Shown in pieces: positions 37,695-49,245 of a stretch of 64,000 bases of DNA (positions are counted from its first letter, which is position 1; every line of letters begins with the position of its first letter). This DNA is from Paraphysomonas bandaiensis (taxonomy: Eukaryota > Protista > Chrysophyceae): contig CBFFRP010000360.1 of assembly GCA_965644295.1 (NCBI GenBank), forward strand, positions 1 through 64,000, in the 5' to 3' direction. The position numbers and the translations under genes are program-made. Below the pieces are notes generated by a model. The model ran no database searches. It was not told where the DNA came from and saw nothing but the letters and a program-made list of their open reading frames with translations.

Positions 37695-38480
37695 AGATTG
37701 TTTTTATAGGGTATATATGTGTGATATGCTGTGTGTATGTATGTGTATGTGTGTGTGGATTAATTAGAAGCGAATAACATACTCTGATTAACTGTATTAT
37801 CACTGACTACACTCCATGATGATGGAGGAGGATCAGCTCTCATTCGATTAGGAACGATGGTTGTTAATCTTTCCTCTGTTGTTATATGGACTCCCACCTA
37901 CTGGCTGTACATCCCACGCATCTATCTTCCATATACACACATACAGACATGTACAGTATAGTGGTCCATATACAGTATACTGCTACACCTACAGCAGATA
38001 CATACATAACAACTCAACTCGATGGACTATACGCTATACGTGTATAGTCATAGAATACAATTCAACTTCACACTTCAACGACATTTTCCATATACACTGT
38101 ATGTACAATGTATACAATGAATCACACCATATGTTCTTGTGTAGGTAGGAATACGGATTGTATTCTGGATGATATGAAGTGATCTCAGCCAATTATTGTA
38201 GCGAATCAGATCATGATATAAGCTGCGTACTGGAGCTTATTGGTCCAGGTGGTTCTATTGGTTGGAAGGAGTGTGTGTATGATATCAGCAGGGTGTATAC
38301 ATACATGTACATACACTCCTACTGCTGTATAGAGATAGTAGTATGCAGTATGCATGTTAGTGTGTGCTTGTACGTGCATGTCAGTAGCGTGTATGTTAGT
38401 TAGTCCACTCAGATCAACCACAGAATATTTCCTCACAACACACTGCTACTGTATCATTTCTACTCTATTATAAGTTAGTA

Positions 38481-39448
38481 ATGGCATCAGCAAGTCCTGA
38501 TGATGAACCGAATGTAAAGAAGGACCGTAAGATCATCCTCATACTTGATCACGCTCAATTAGAAACAGTTAAAACTAAGAAGGGAGACTTCCAACTACTT
38601 AACTGTGATGATCATATGAGTATAATGAAGAAACACAACAAAGACCCCCAGCAATTTAGACCCGATATCTTGCATCAAGTGAGTGATTGCACTTATCTCT
38701 TCTGTATGTACAGCAGAGGCTTATGAATGATATGTATTCAGGAGCTGATGGCCGCATTAGACAGTCCATTGAATAAAGCTGGTCTTATGCAGGTGCATGA
38801 TTGATTTTGAAACGTAGTAATGGAGAATGTTTGATCTGAAGTAAAACGTATAGGTGTATATTCACACAGCCAAGAATGTCCTAATTGAGGTGAATCCTAA
38901 ATGCCGTATTCCCCGGACGTTCAAAAGATTTTCTGGACTTATGGGTACGTATCGAGAATGAATTGCTGATTCTACTGTAGTCCTGATATCACTTTCGTAG
39001 TACAACTACTTCATCGACTTAAAATTCGATCGGCTGATGGAAATGAAACACTATTAAAAGTCATAAAAAATCCGCTTTCACGCCATCTTCCACCGGGAAT
39101 ACACTGCTACGGTATGAATCGAAGATGCAATATATATGTATATGACTCAGCTGTATTGTAGGCATGTCTCAACAAGGGCAGCTCCATAGCCCTGTAACCT
39201 TCGCAGATCAGCTTCCAGATAACTGCCCCATTGCATTTGTTATTGGAGCATTCGCAGTTGGAGCCATTAACCCTGCTGATCACCCTTACGTAAGTATAAG
39301 TGACCCAAAACACTTTGGATAATGACGTTTAATTTGTGCTGTTCTACAGATGACGGACACAATTTCCATATCGGAGTATCCATTAAGTGGAGTTGTGGCG
39401 ATCAATAGAATTCTCGGGGGTATTGAGCACAATTGGGGGATTATATAG
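38481..39448 (+). CDS. EMG1: 18S rRNA pseudouridine N1-methyltransferase Nep1/EMG1; multi-exon
   Basis: [54 protein letters not shown]. Confidence 0.96.
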
Positions 39449-39994
39449 TTAGGATGTTAGTGGTTGTACTCTTGCAGCTAATTAAGCTGTTAACCTCTGA
39501 TAGCAGCTGTGTCATGAATCGTTGTGATGCATATGACGTAGGATAGTATTTTGAAAAGTATGCATTCCAGTATAATGAAAATGAGAAGTTTTTATTACCA
39601 AAAGGTAGAAGCGATAAGAGAGTACATTATTTAAGTTATATTATAATGCAAGCTCACTAGGCAGTACTACGAATATGCATAAGCATTTGTGCGTCTAACA
39701 AGTAGTTATTACGTCATAACTCATAACATTTTAATCCACTCCGGTAAACGCTGTGGGATTCATGATGCCAGTACTTTAGTACTGCATCTTATTGAAAACT
39801 AAGTCCAATTTTGCACTCTGCTGTTAACTGTTCACCCATTATATATTATACTAATTGTTTCAGTCCTTATTACTTCATATTTCATATTTATGTCACTACG
39901 TTTCGGATGCAGAACTTGGATGAGCCGTTTCAACATCTGATTGCAAAAACCTGCTACTGCAAGCAACACAAAACACATATCGAAACGATTATTA

Positions 39995-40821
39995 TTAATA
40001 AAAAGTCTTGTTGTTTTGGGTGGTTTCACTTCCTTCAGCATTCGCCCACTTATCACCTCCACCTCCGGTGGGATCATTGGAAGGTTCTTGCTGCTGTTTT
40101 TGTCGAAACCTGTCGCTTGCTGCCAGACTCCAAGCCAGTGCGGCTTCTACATCATTCTCAACATGAAAATACTCCTCCATTACGTCATACAATAAGCTTT
40201 CATCGTGTGCTCGCTGCAACTGCATGATGGTACCATCAAAATAGTGATCAATGTTCACTACACAGATGGGTATATGTCTCATGCCTCGAAGGCCAAGAAT
40301 GCGGTAAACACTAGTTTCCCACAGCTCATCGAATGTACCTGGACCACCAGGTAGAACGATGACTATATCGGCCTGCTCAATGAGACGCATGCGGCGTTCT
40401 GATAAATCATCTCCGCTACACACCTGGACAAAATAAAACCATTATACACTTTATTCAAAAAGCAACACATGTAGTGAATACTGACAATTTTGTTTTGGAT
40501 TCGATGATCTCCTCCACGAAAGAGTTCGTGTGACACGCCAATAATTTCACCATTACAGTCTGTGACACCTTTGTTGACCGCACCCATACATCCGTGCATA
40601 CCTAGTGTCAATTTTAACTACTATACAACATGAAGATATAGTTATTCTTGTACCTGCCCCATTGATGCAAACATGTCCTTGTCTGGCGATGCCTTGGCCT
40701 AATTTATACGCTGCAGCAGCATGAGTCGATTAGCTATAAAAAGAGGGCATCTGCTACCTTCTTTAGTAAACTTCTCGTTAGTTCGAGGTGAGCTGCTTCC
40801 AAAGACACATATTTTCTTCAT
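39995..40821 (-). CDS. LOG: LOG-family nucleotide phosphoribohydrolase (lysine-decarboxylase-like); multi-exon
   Basis: MKKICVFGSS, CINGAG..GCMGAV, LSERRMRL, LPGGPGTFDELWE, PICVVNIDHYFD. Confidence 0.9.
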
Positions 40822-41345
40822 AGTATCTTCAATCTCATGCGGTTTACTTCACTCTACCAGTGAGATTAACACACACATACATGTTCAGTTCATCTGTATG
40901 TGTATGTGTATGTGTATGTATGTATGTATGTAGCTCATACCATACACAGACCTCTATAGAAACTTATGTATTCCATGTTCCTGTATACAGAATACGGTAG
41001 AAACCATACTAGAATACAGATGTATTCTATTGTACTCTTATGTATTTTCATGACCAGAAGATTCCATCCGTTGATTGGTATACGTCTGTATTCGGTCTAT
41101 ACAGGTGTGTATATGTCCTGTGGGAATGATACATACACGTACTGTATGTATGTATAGTACAGAGCAGTGTATGTATGTACCGGTACATGTGTGTAGGGTG
41201 TGTATGTATATCTGCATCTATGGCGAGGCTCATATCATCACATTCCACTGCACCACATCCATAGATTGACCTCTCCTCATAGTAATATGCATTGGATGGC
41301 AGTTCACTCTCTCAGTATACATCACAGTGTCACAGTATCGTCTCC

Positions 41346-42572
41346 ATGAATCAAGTCTCTTTCCCATGTAATCGTTCAGAGGTATGCATTAAGCGGCCCA
41401 GTGAGCACCTCTTCTGTCCCCTGTGCTTAGATATATTCTATGAACCACTGCAATGTCCATCTGGTCATACGTTTTGTCGTGTATGTATCATGCAGGCGTT
41501 GAATAAGAGGGCATTGTGTCCTATTCGCTGCTCGGATGTTGCACTGCACCCACACATGCTCATCACCAACAGATTGGCTTCGGATATGATTGACGATTTA
41601 GACGTAAAGTGCCCTTCTGCAGTTAGATCAACGGAGAGTAGACCGCAGAAACTTCTAAGAGTTAGCGAGTGTTCTAATGGTGCAAGTGGTACAGATTATA
41701 CAGACCCCCTTGACCATTGTCAGTGGCTTGGAAAATTTGGTGATTTAAATAATCACATGCAGAAATGCATTCAAGTGTCGGATACTTGTCCGAATGAGGG
41801 ATGTGGTTTAGTAATTAAGCGCTTAGAGATTGATAAGCACTTGAAGAGTTGTGATTATCGAACTGTGTTGTGCGAATTATGTCGATTGGGATATCAAGCT
41901 GTCAATGCAGACCGACATGACGCAGTGTGCTTGGAGCGGACCGTAGTGTGCCCAAGTGGTTGCATGACGGATGGAAACCCTACCGTGTTATTTCGACGTG
42001 AATTGGAGACCCACAAGAGGAATTGTTCCCATGAAGTGGTGGCGTGTCAGTACAGTTCACTCGGGTGTCCTGTTCGCCTACGCAGAGAGGATATAGAATC
42101 ACATGTAGCTGACACATCTGCACATCATTACTATCTTCTTCAAACTGTGTTATCACAGCAACAACTAATAGGAAGCTTAATGCAAAGGATCAGTCGTTCT
42201 GCTAGTGTAACAGTGGATATGGTGTTTCGAATCCCATCTTTTAATCTCAGCCGGACGTACCATTCTCATCGGCAGAGAATATCCGACTTCGAATTTTTTT
42301 TGACGTTTAGGCCCGCGTCCGCACTCTATCATGCAGTGTACTTAGTTTTCCCTGATTTGACACAGTCAATTGTATGTCGATCTACTTGTTCACTATGCAA
42401 GTCGGACCCGAACTCACCGTCTCATACTCGTACCTCGCTTCCATCTGAATACAGTCCTGTGGTTTTTTTCAAATCCTTCAACGAGTTCATTTTATCAGAT
42501 GATATATTAACTGGAGGTTACGTTTCGGATGATGGGAGTATTACACTTACCGAAACTATTACTTTGCTGTAG
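41346..42572 (+). CDS. RING finger + TRAF-type zinc fingers + MATH-like domain (TRAF-like E3 ligase); intronless
   Basis: CPLC...CPSGHTFCRVC...CPIRC RING; repeated C-x-n-H-xxx-C TRAF fingers; C-terminal GYVSDDGSITL typical of the end of a MATH domain. Confidence 0.88.
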   Translation: MNQVSFPCNRSEVCIKRPSEHLFCPLCLDIFYEPLQCPSGHTFCRVCIMQALNKRALCPIRCSDVALHPHMLITNRLASDMIDDLDVKCPSAVRSTESRPQKLLRVSECSNGASGTDYTDPLDHCQWLGKFGDLNNHMQKCIQVSDTCPNEGCGLVIKRLEIDKHLKSCDYRTVLCELCRLGYQAVNADRHDAVCLERTVVCPSGCMTDGNPTVLFRRELETHKRNCSHEVVACQYSSLGCPVRLRREDIESHVADTSAHHYYLLQTVLSQQQLIGSLMQRISRSASVTVDMVFRIPSFNLSRTYHSHRQRISDFEFFLTFRPASALYHAVYLVFPDLTQSIVCRSTCSLCKSDPNSPSHTRTSLPSEYSPVVFFKSFNEFILSDDILTGGYVSDDGSITLTETITLL

Positions 42573-42972
42573 TTGTGTAACTTCATACTACATAGTGCCC
42601 CCAGTGCATGGTACTGACTTTGAGATATACAGAGATCACAAAAAACATTCTAGTGGTCCGAATATTTTTGTCTATAGTTATTTTTATAAGGACATCGTGC
42701 CTTGAATTTATTACATGAAAGCAGCATTACTGGTTCTGAGCAACAATATATTACAATGGAATCTTTAGTCTGAAGTTGATCAGTACTATTGCAGTGTGTA
42801 GTCTATCAATAGCTACATTGTATATATATGAGGTAATAACTATTATTTCGTTGCACCTCTCAGAGGGTTTCATCATTTAACGCTTCACATTTCCATTTTC
42901 ACTAAATGACGTATCCAGCCTATAATAGTATAGTTACATTTAACCACGGGTTCTAAGTATGTTACATCACCC

Positions 42973-44297
42973 CAGGGATAGGGAACAATATATTGCAATA
43001 CTATTGTTAGGTAGCGTTCCATCAATAGTATTGATGGATTTTTTAAACCGGCCCTACAATACTATTGCAATATATTGCAATATATTGTACAATATATTGC
43101 AATATATTAGTATGACTAATCAGTAAGTAAACACATCCGTAGTTTTCATTTTTAGTACTTGCCATATTTTATAAGGTCTAAGGTCACTTGATAATCAAAC
43201 CCACTACTCTTAACTAATTAAAAGTTTCCTCATACTCATCCTCTGAGCCATCATCGGTGACATCATCATCACCATATTCATTCAATATTGATTGAAATAT
43301 GCTTGCATCCGGCCACAACTGTCGGTTAGCTTTCAGAAACAACAGCATATTAAGTGTAGTAGGATGCATACGTTTGCGCAACACTGATATAATCAGTTTT
43401 GCTGCGCTGAACAGGCGTTCACACGTATTGGAAGTACATACTACATGACTCGTGCACCTGTACTTAGATATTTCAACTTTTCGCTTCTTAAGTTTTTGAG
43501 CTGATTGAAGAATTTTTTCCGCATAGCCAACTTCAGCTTCATCATCCTCTGTATTGTTGCAATAATCACTGTCTGAACGGAGATATATTCTAACAGCATC
43601 TTTCTCAGATCTTGTCAAGTCCAATTCTTCGCCTGCTTGGAGTTTTGCAATTCCATTCTCGAAATTCGGATCATTAAGTCTGAAGGCTGCAGAACAAAAG
43701 CATCCATGGGACCATTGGTGCAGACAGCCCGTAAATACCTCTTCAATGTCTCCTCCCACACATCATGAGAGAAAGTGTGATCCTTTAGATTGTTGTATCC
43801 ATTCCGAATATTCTGTTGTCGTTTACGTCCGCAGATTTTACACTCGTGTTTGTTCGGGACACCTTCGACCGGACTCCAAAAACAGCGGTAAATGTCCCTA
43901 CTCTTGTATGCACTCATCATTCAGTTGTCTCTTCTTGTCACTATAGGATATATATACTATATTAAGAGAAGTACTGTACATACATGTGGAGAGGTGTAGA
44001 GTGCTGTTTGAGCTGGCGATACATAAAAAATAGAAAATAACATCAAAAATAGGCTTTTTTTCTTATTTTCCGGATATTTGTATACAGAGGCGTATATTTT
44101 GCACCATACAGTTGAGGATCTTCTCTTATATGACTATCATAATATTGATTGCAATATATTGCAATAGTATTGTGAGCTCTATTAACAGAAACACTATTGA
44201 TGGAATATTTGACCAGTCCACCAATCAATATATTTTACAATATATTGCAATATATTGTACAATATATTGCAATACAATATATTGTTCCCTATCCCTG
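42973..44297 (-). mobile_element. Internally deleted hAT DNA transposon
   Basis: TIRs CAGGGATAGGGAACAATATATTG; 8-bp TSD CATCACCC (42965-42972, 44298-44305); subterminal TATTGCAATA repeats. Confidence 0.95.
43214..43920 (-). pseudogene. hAT transposase remnant: BED finger joined out of frame to the C-terminal dimerisation domain
   Basis: HECKICG...GYNNLKDHTFSH (BED) in ORF 43615-43920; TSNTCERLFSAAKLIISVLRKRMHPTTLNMLLFLKAN in ORF 43214-43759. The catalytic core is missing. Confidence 0.9.
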
Positions 44298-44510
44298 CAT
44301 CACCCTGCCGATAAGGGATAATACTCCTTATCCTAGGTTGAAATTCAACTTGAATGGCAGATTATCCTCCTGATGTTAAAAACGTAAAGTCTAAAATGTA
44401 CATCTATTTGTAGAAGTGAATGTCTGATTGTTAGCAATGGGAAATATTATTCAACCTAGTCAAATTGGTTGAATTAACAAGTGCTTAACTCTGATATCCT
44501 TCTATTTGGT

Positions 44511-44829
44511 TGTCAAGGTTTGACATTATATGAGAAGTATTAACTTAACAACAGAAGGTAACTTATACTCAAAGCTGAGAATTATAAATTATAATCAATA
44601 TCTCTTATCATTCATCAATATCATGTTGTCTCCACTACCACTCATTTCTCGTACGACGATCTTACATCGTCACTACAACTTGCATCGTCACAATATTCCG
44701 TTTTACCACTATATGCTTATCGTCATTCATTCTCACAATACGATTAACAAGACTACAACTGTATAATACAGTAATTTAAATACCTTATAACTACAGCTTT
44801 CAATTGCTCTCATATAGCAGAACTCAACA
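44511..44829 (-). mobile_element. Solo LTR related to the 20999-23274 element
   Basis: Minus strand begins TGTTGAGTTCTGCT..GAGCAATTGAAAGCTGTA, contains GACGATGTAAGATCGT..GAAATGAGTGGTAGT and ends CTTGACA. 5-bp TSD TTGGT (44506-44510, 44830-44834). Confidence 0.88.
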
Positions 44830-45147
44830 TTGGTGGGCAGAACAATATCTAGTCTCTATCTGTCTATATTTTCGGTTCACGTTAGTTTCCCAAATAAATA
44901 TCTGGTACATATTATTACATATCCCCAGAAAACCACGAAACTATAGATCTCAGTTCGTGACCTGAAGGCTTATTATACAAAGCTCTCTGTAACAAAAAGA
45001 TTTGCTTCTGTTGAAGGAAATTAGTGCTCCCTGATAAAAATGAAAAATCAAGTATTGTTTTAAACTAATATGGGAATGGCAATTGCACTACATTAACTAA
45101 AAATAATTCCATATCACAACAAATGTACCCCTACCACTGAATAATGA

Positions 45148-45578
45148 TACTGATGTTGTATTGAAATTGGTACATAAATGTAATGATGAATGCAAGGTTG
45201 TAGTCACACAAGGCTTCTTGTTGTCGTTAGCATATAATCATCACATTAGTGTACATCACACTTAACCTCTACTAGTGTAACTAGCTTTGACGCTATGTGT
45301 ATGCTGTGAGGAACGTAATCCTGATAAGCATGACTCGCGAGGCGCCCCAAACTCTGAAAGTACTGATGTTGTATTGAAATTGGTACATAAATGTAATGAT
45401 GAATGCAAGGTTGTAGTCACACAAGGCTTCTTTTATTGTCGTTAGCATAATCATCACATTAGTGTACATCACACTTAACCTCTACTAGTGTAACTGACTT
45501 TGACGCTATGTGTATGCTGTGAGGAACGTAATCCTGATAAGCATGACTCGCGAGGCGCCCCAAACTCTGAAAGTACTG
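45148..45578. repeat. Tandem duplication of a ~213-bp unit
   Basis: Units at 45148-45360 and 45361-45573, with TACTG microhomology at the ends. Confidence 0.93.
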
Positions 45579-45822
45579 GGAGCCACTACTGCAAATTCTA
45601 ATCACTTTCAGTATTAAATATCAGATGTTGTATTCGAACATATAAACTCTTCAGCAAAATTCTTGAAGTATTGTTGCGAAGTCACTTGCACTGATATCAT
45701 TGAGATCTTCCCCTCAACAAAGTCGGACTCGCACCTTTTCGTGGTGTTCTGGGGGATAAGTACCGGAGATATTTCTCCGGGAAACTAACGTGAGCCGCAT
45801 ATTATATAGTCAGCAGATATAT

Positions 45823-46030
45823 TGTTCTGCCCACTCATAGCCAAATGCTTGTGTGGTACAAGGGACACTAATAAGTGTCACTTGTGTAGACGTCTTTGGG
45901 CCCTGACGAATAAACAGGCATCCGGGAATGGGCCCACCTCAAGGGCATCCGGGACAGGGCCCACCAGAAGGGTAACCGGGGTATTGGGCTGCCTGCTGAA
46001 GTTAAGCATCCGGGATGTTCACCTTAAGAA
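45823..46030. repeat. Dispersed repeat, copy B (related to 24-228)
   Basis: See copy A; contains internal GGCATCCGGGA sub-repeats. Confidence 0.7.
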
Positions 46031-46749
46031 CTCAAAACACCTGAAGTCAGCAGATGTCAGGTATATCAACATTCTGCTTGCTCCCTGCGTTTGCTTTGAG
46101 TGATTGATGCTGAGTATGAGTTCACATTATTCGGTATCTGTGTGGCCAATGACCGAGGTAATGCGTCAAACTTTCCTCATGGATGCATGGCAATGGCAAT
46201 GATGTGATTAGACCTGTCATGTCTTCTCACACGTCTACTGCCTAGTCTTGGTTTCTCCTGACCCAGGTCATTGAGATTATATCAAGGCTCTGGCACTGTT
46301 CTCCAAGCAGTGTCAGGTACATTTGTGGTGCTTTTATGTTATTCTTAAGTCGAGGTAATACCAAAACCTGGTAAAGCAATTTCACCAGGTTTCATATATA
46401 AGTATTGAGTTATTATTTTACTGTAATTTGTATCTGAGAGGTTAAAGATAAAGAAAAAGTCGCAAGTATAGTTGTTATTAGCAGTATTTATTGCGTTAAA
46501 AGTTGGCCCTGCTATTATTACTTGTGTTTTGTAATATCATATTCTCATATAGCTACATCTGCTTCGCTTGAGACTGCAAACGCTCCAACCGAATAGCCTG
46601 ATTTCGGATACATTGCATACGCATATAGCCATCTTTACCACTACTACTTACAGTAGTATTAGTACCTATGCTCGGAAACGACGCGGCAACAGCCGCTGGG
46701 GGCACATTGCTAGTAGGTGGAGGATCATAAGCAGGTGAAGGATCATAAG

Positions 46750-47367
46750 CAGTTAGTGCAGTGTATAGTAACAACGCACAACAATAATCAGAACAATACC
46801 GCATATATACGACATACGACCCCGTCACCATCTTTATGAACAGTATTACTTACCCTGCTCGTGCGCTTTCGTGGTATCTCTTCCTCCGCCTCCGGGTCGT
46901 CGTTGGATATGTCGCCACGAATGTTGACAACATTCTTCTTCCCGTTGCACTTCTCCTACACCATCATATGTACACAGTTAGTGCAGTGTATAGTAACAAC
47001 GCACAACAATAATCAGAACAATACCACATATATACGACATACGACCCCGTCACCATCTTTATGAACAGTATTACTTACCCTGCTCGTGCACTTTCGTGGT
47101 ATCTCTTCCTCCGCCTCCGGGTCGTCGTTGGATATGTCGCCACGAATGTTGACAACATTCTTCTTCCCGTTGCACTTCTCCTACACCATCATATGTACAC
47201 AGTTAGTGCAGTGTATAGTAACAACGCACAACAATAATCAGAACAATACCGCATATATACGACATACGACCCCGTCACCATCTTTATGAACAGTATTGCT
47301 TACCCTGCTCGTGCACTTTCGTGGTATCTCTTCCTCCGCCTCCGGGTCGTCGTTGGATATGTCGCCA
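46750..47367 (-). repeat. 225-bp tandem repeat (~2.75 copies) consisting of a 102-nt exon-like plus 123-nt intron-like unit
   Basis: Units start at 46750, 46975 and 47200. Minus strand shows GTGTAG|exon|GTAAG(T/C). Confidence 0.9.
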
Positions 47368-47919
47368 TGTCTGAGAGTGGTATCAGCTCTGCAGCAATCT
47401 GATGTATGTGTACGTGTGTGTCTGTCTGTCTGTGTGCTCAGGAGGTGTGATCCACACAACAATGAACACCTCATCCGATAAACCACACCTCCTGAGCACT
47501 CCTCACTGTCATCAACAATGTCACCATATTAACATCAGAAGATACTAACTCAGAAGATACATGCATCACTCTATATGTATGTATGTGTATGGTGTGTTAA
47601 GTTATGCATATATATATTATTGTCATGATGTGCGTGTTGTAAGCACTGCTCGTGCAGTGTGGTTGCGGTGTAGTATGATGGGTTCAATGTTCAGGTGGGC
47701 TCAAAGCAGGGGGAATAGGAAGTGTTCTAACGTGCACAATCAAACGATGTTATAATGTTTCGTCTGCTTGTACTTGTTGGACCTCTCTACACGAGTCCAC
47801 TCTCCTCAATCCACTGTATGAGGCTCAGTGCTACAGCCTCGTGACCAAACACTGTCATGAAGACCTTCCTGGAAGGCAGTTATAAGCCTGCAACTCTGAA
47901 CCACATAGTAAGAAGTGTC

Positions 47920-48860
47920 ATCTGAGAGTGGTGTGACCTCTGCAGCATTCGGAGGTGTGTGTATGTGTGTGTCTGTCTGTGTGCTCAGGAGGTGTGATTC
48001 ACACAACAATCAACACCTCATCCGATAAACCACACCTCCTGAGGTTAATCGGGGGGTCTGCCTTTGGGCAGTGTGTCTGCCGGGCCTGTATCGTGAGTTT
48101 TACGGGGGATGGTTGGGGCTAGATGTATATGAGAGTGTAAGTCGGTGGTGTAGATGGTGCTCGTTGTCGAGGTGGGATTTCGACCACAAGTAAGGAGGAG
48201 TTGTTTCCGGAGTGGTGGTGCTTGTCTCTGTCGGGTTCGGACTCTTGCAGCGGATAGAATTCTTGGGGTGGATGTCGCTAGGAGTAGTTGGAGTATTTTT
48301 GGTGTCGGGTGAGTATCCTGTGACGGGCGTTGCTGTGAGTGTGGTGGGGTCGTAATCGGTGTTACTGATGCCGTGTCTGTGTTGTGATGTCTGAGTCCTC
48401 TGTTTCGAAGCATGCGGAGCCCTCCACCATATAGGGGAAGGAGGATAGAGGTTACGGATTTTTCGAGAACGTGGAACTGATGTTCGAGCAGTGAGCTGGA
48501 TATGTGGCGTCCGAATGCGTCGGTCAATTGTGTGGCAGTAATGTGGCCGGTCCAGTAGCGCTCAGCCTGGGGTGTGTGTGGATTCCATGCGGCTTTTGCT
48601 AGTTTGATTATGGCGGTGTGGAACCAGGGATGGGGGAGCGTGCGTGTGCGAAGTTTGTCGAACTTGTGGTGTGCTTGGTGAACATCTTCACGTATGTGAG
48701 TGAGGTCGGGGTGTGTGCAGGTGAGAAGCATGTGTGCCATGTTGTCGATTGGGAGTGCACAGTCTGCGCATGCTGAGGCCGTTGTTATGTGATCAGGCCC
48801 GGTTTTTCCTTTGGCTTGGTTTCTGCCCATCGCGTATGATTTGTCCCATACGTAGGTGTA
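47920..48860 (-). mobile_element. 5'-truncated non-LTR retrotransposon-like fragment (ORF 48045-48830 plus 3' UTR)
   Basis: CADC-x8-HMLLTC zinc knuckle typical of the post-RT region of LINE ORF2; ORF ends PPD*; hairpin-forming 3' UTR duplicated at ~47371-47500. Confidence 0.65.
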
Positions 48861-49245
48861 TAGTGAAATGGTATATGGGTGTATAGTGAGATAGTGTAGT
48901 GATGTATAGTTAGGTGGTATAGTGGTATACAGTAGATGGTATAGTGGTATAATATAGTGGGATGGTATAGTGATGCATAGTAATATGGTATGGGTGTATA
49001 GTGAGATGGTATATGGGTGTATAGTGAGATGGTATATGGGTGTATAGTGAGATAGTGTAGTGATGTATAGTTAGGTGGTATAGTGGCATACAGTAGATGG
49101 TATAGTGGTATAATATAGTGGGATGGTATAGTGATGCATAGTAATATGGTATGGGTGTATAGTGAGATGGTATATGGGTGTATAGTGAGATGGTATGTGG
49201 GTGTATTCTGAGATGGTGTAGTGGTGTTTAGTGAGATGGTTATAG
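48855..49245. repeat. Degenerate G/T/A-rich minisatellite (units such as GGTATATGGGTGTATAGTGAGAT) with a higher-order duplication
   Basis: Directly visible; almost no C on the plus strand. Confidence 0.9.

Noticed and set aside
46750-47367. Possible CRISPR-like array
   Set aside because: Contiguous tandem units without unique spacers, in a eukaryotic context with no cas genes; the same applies to 6878-6963.
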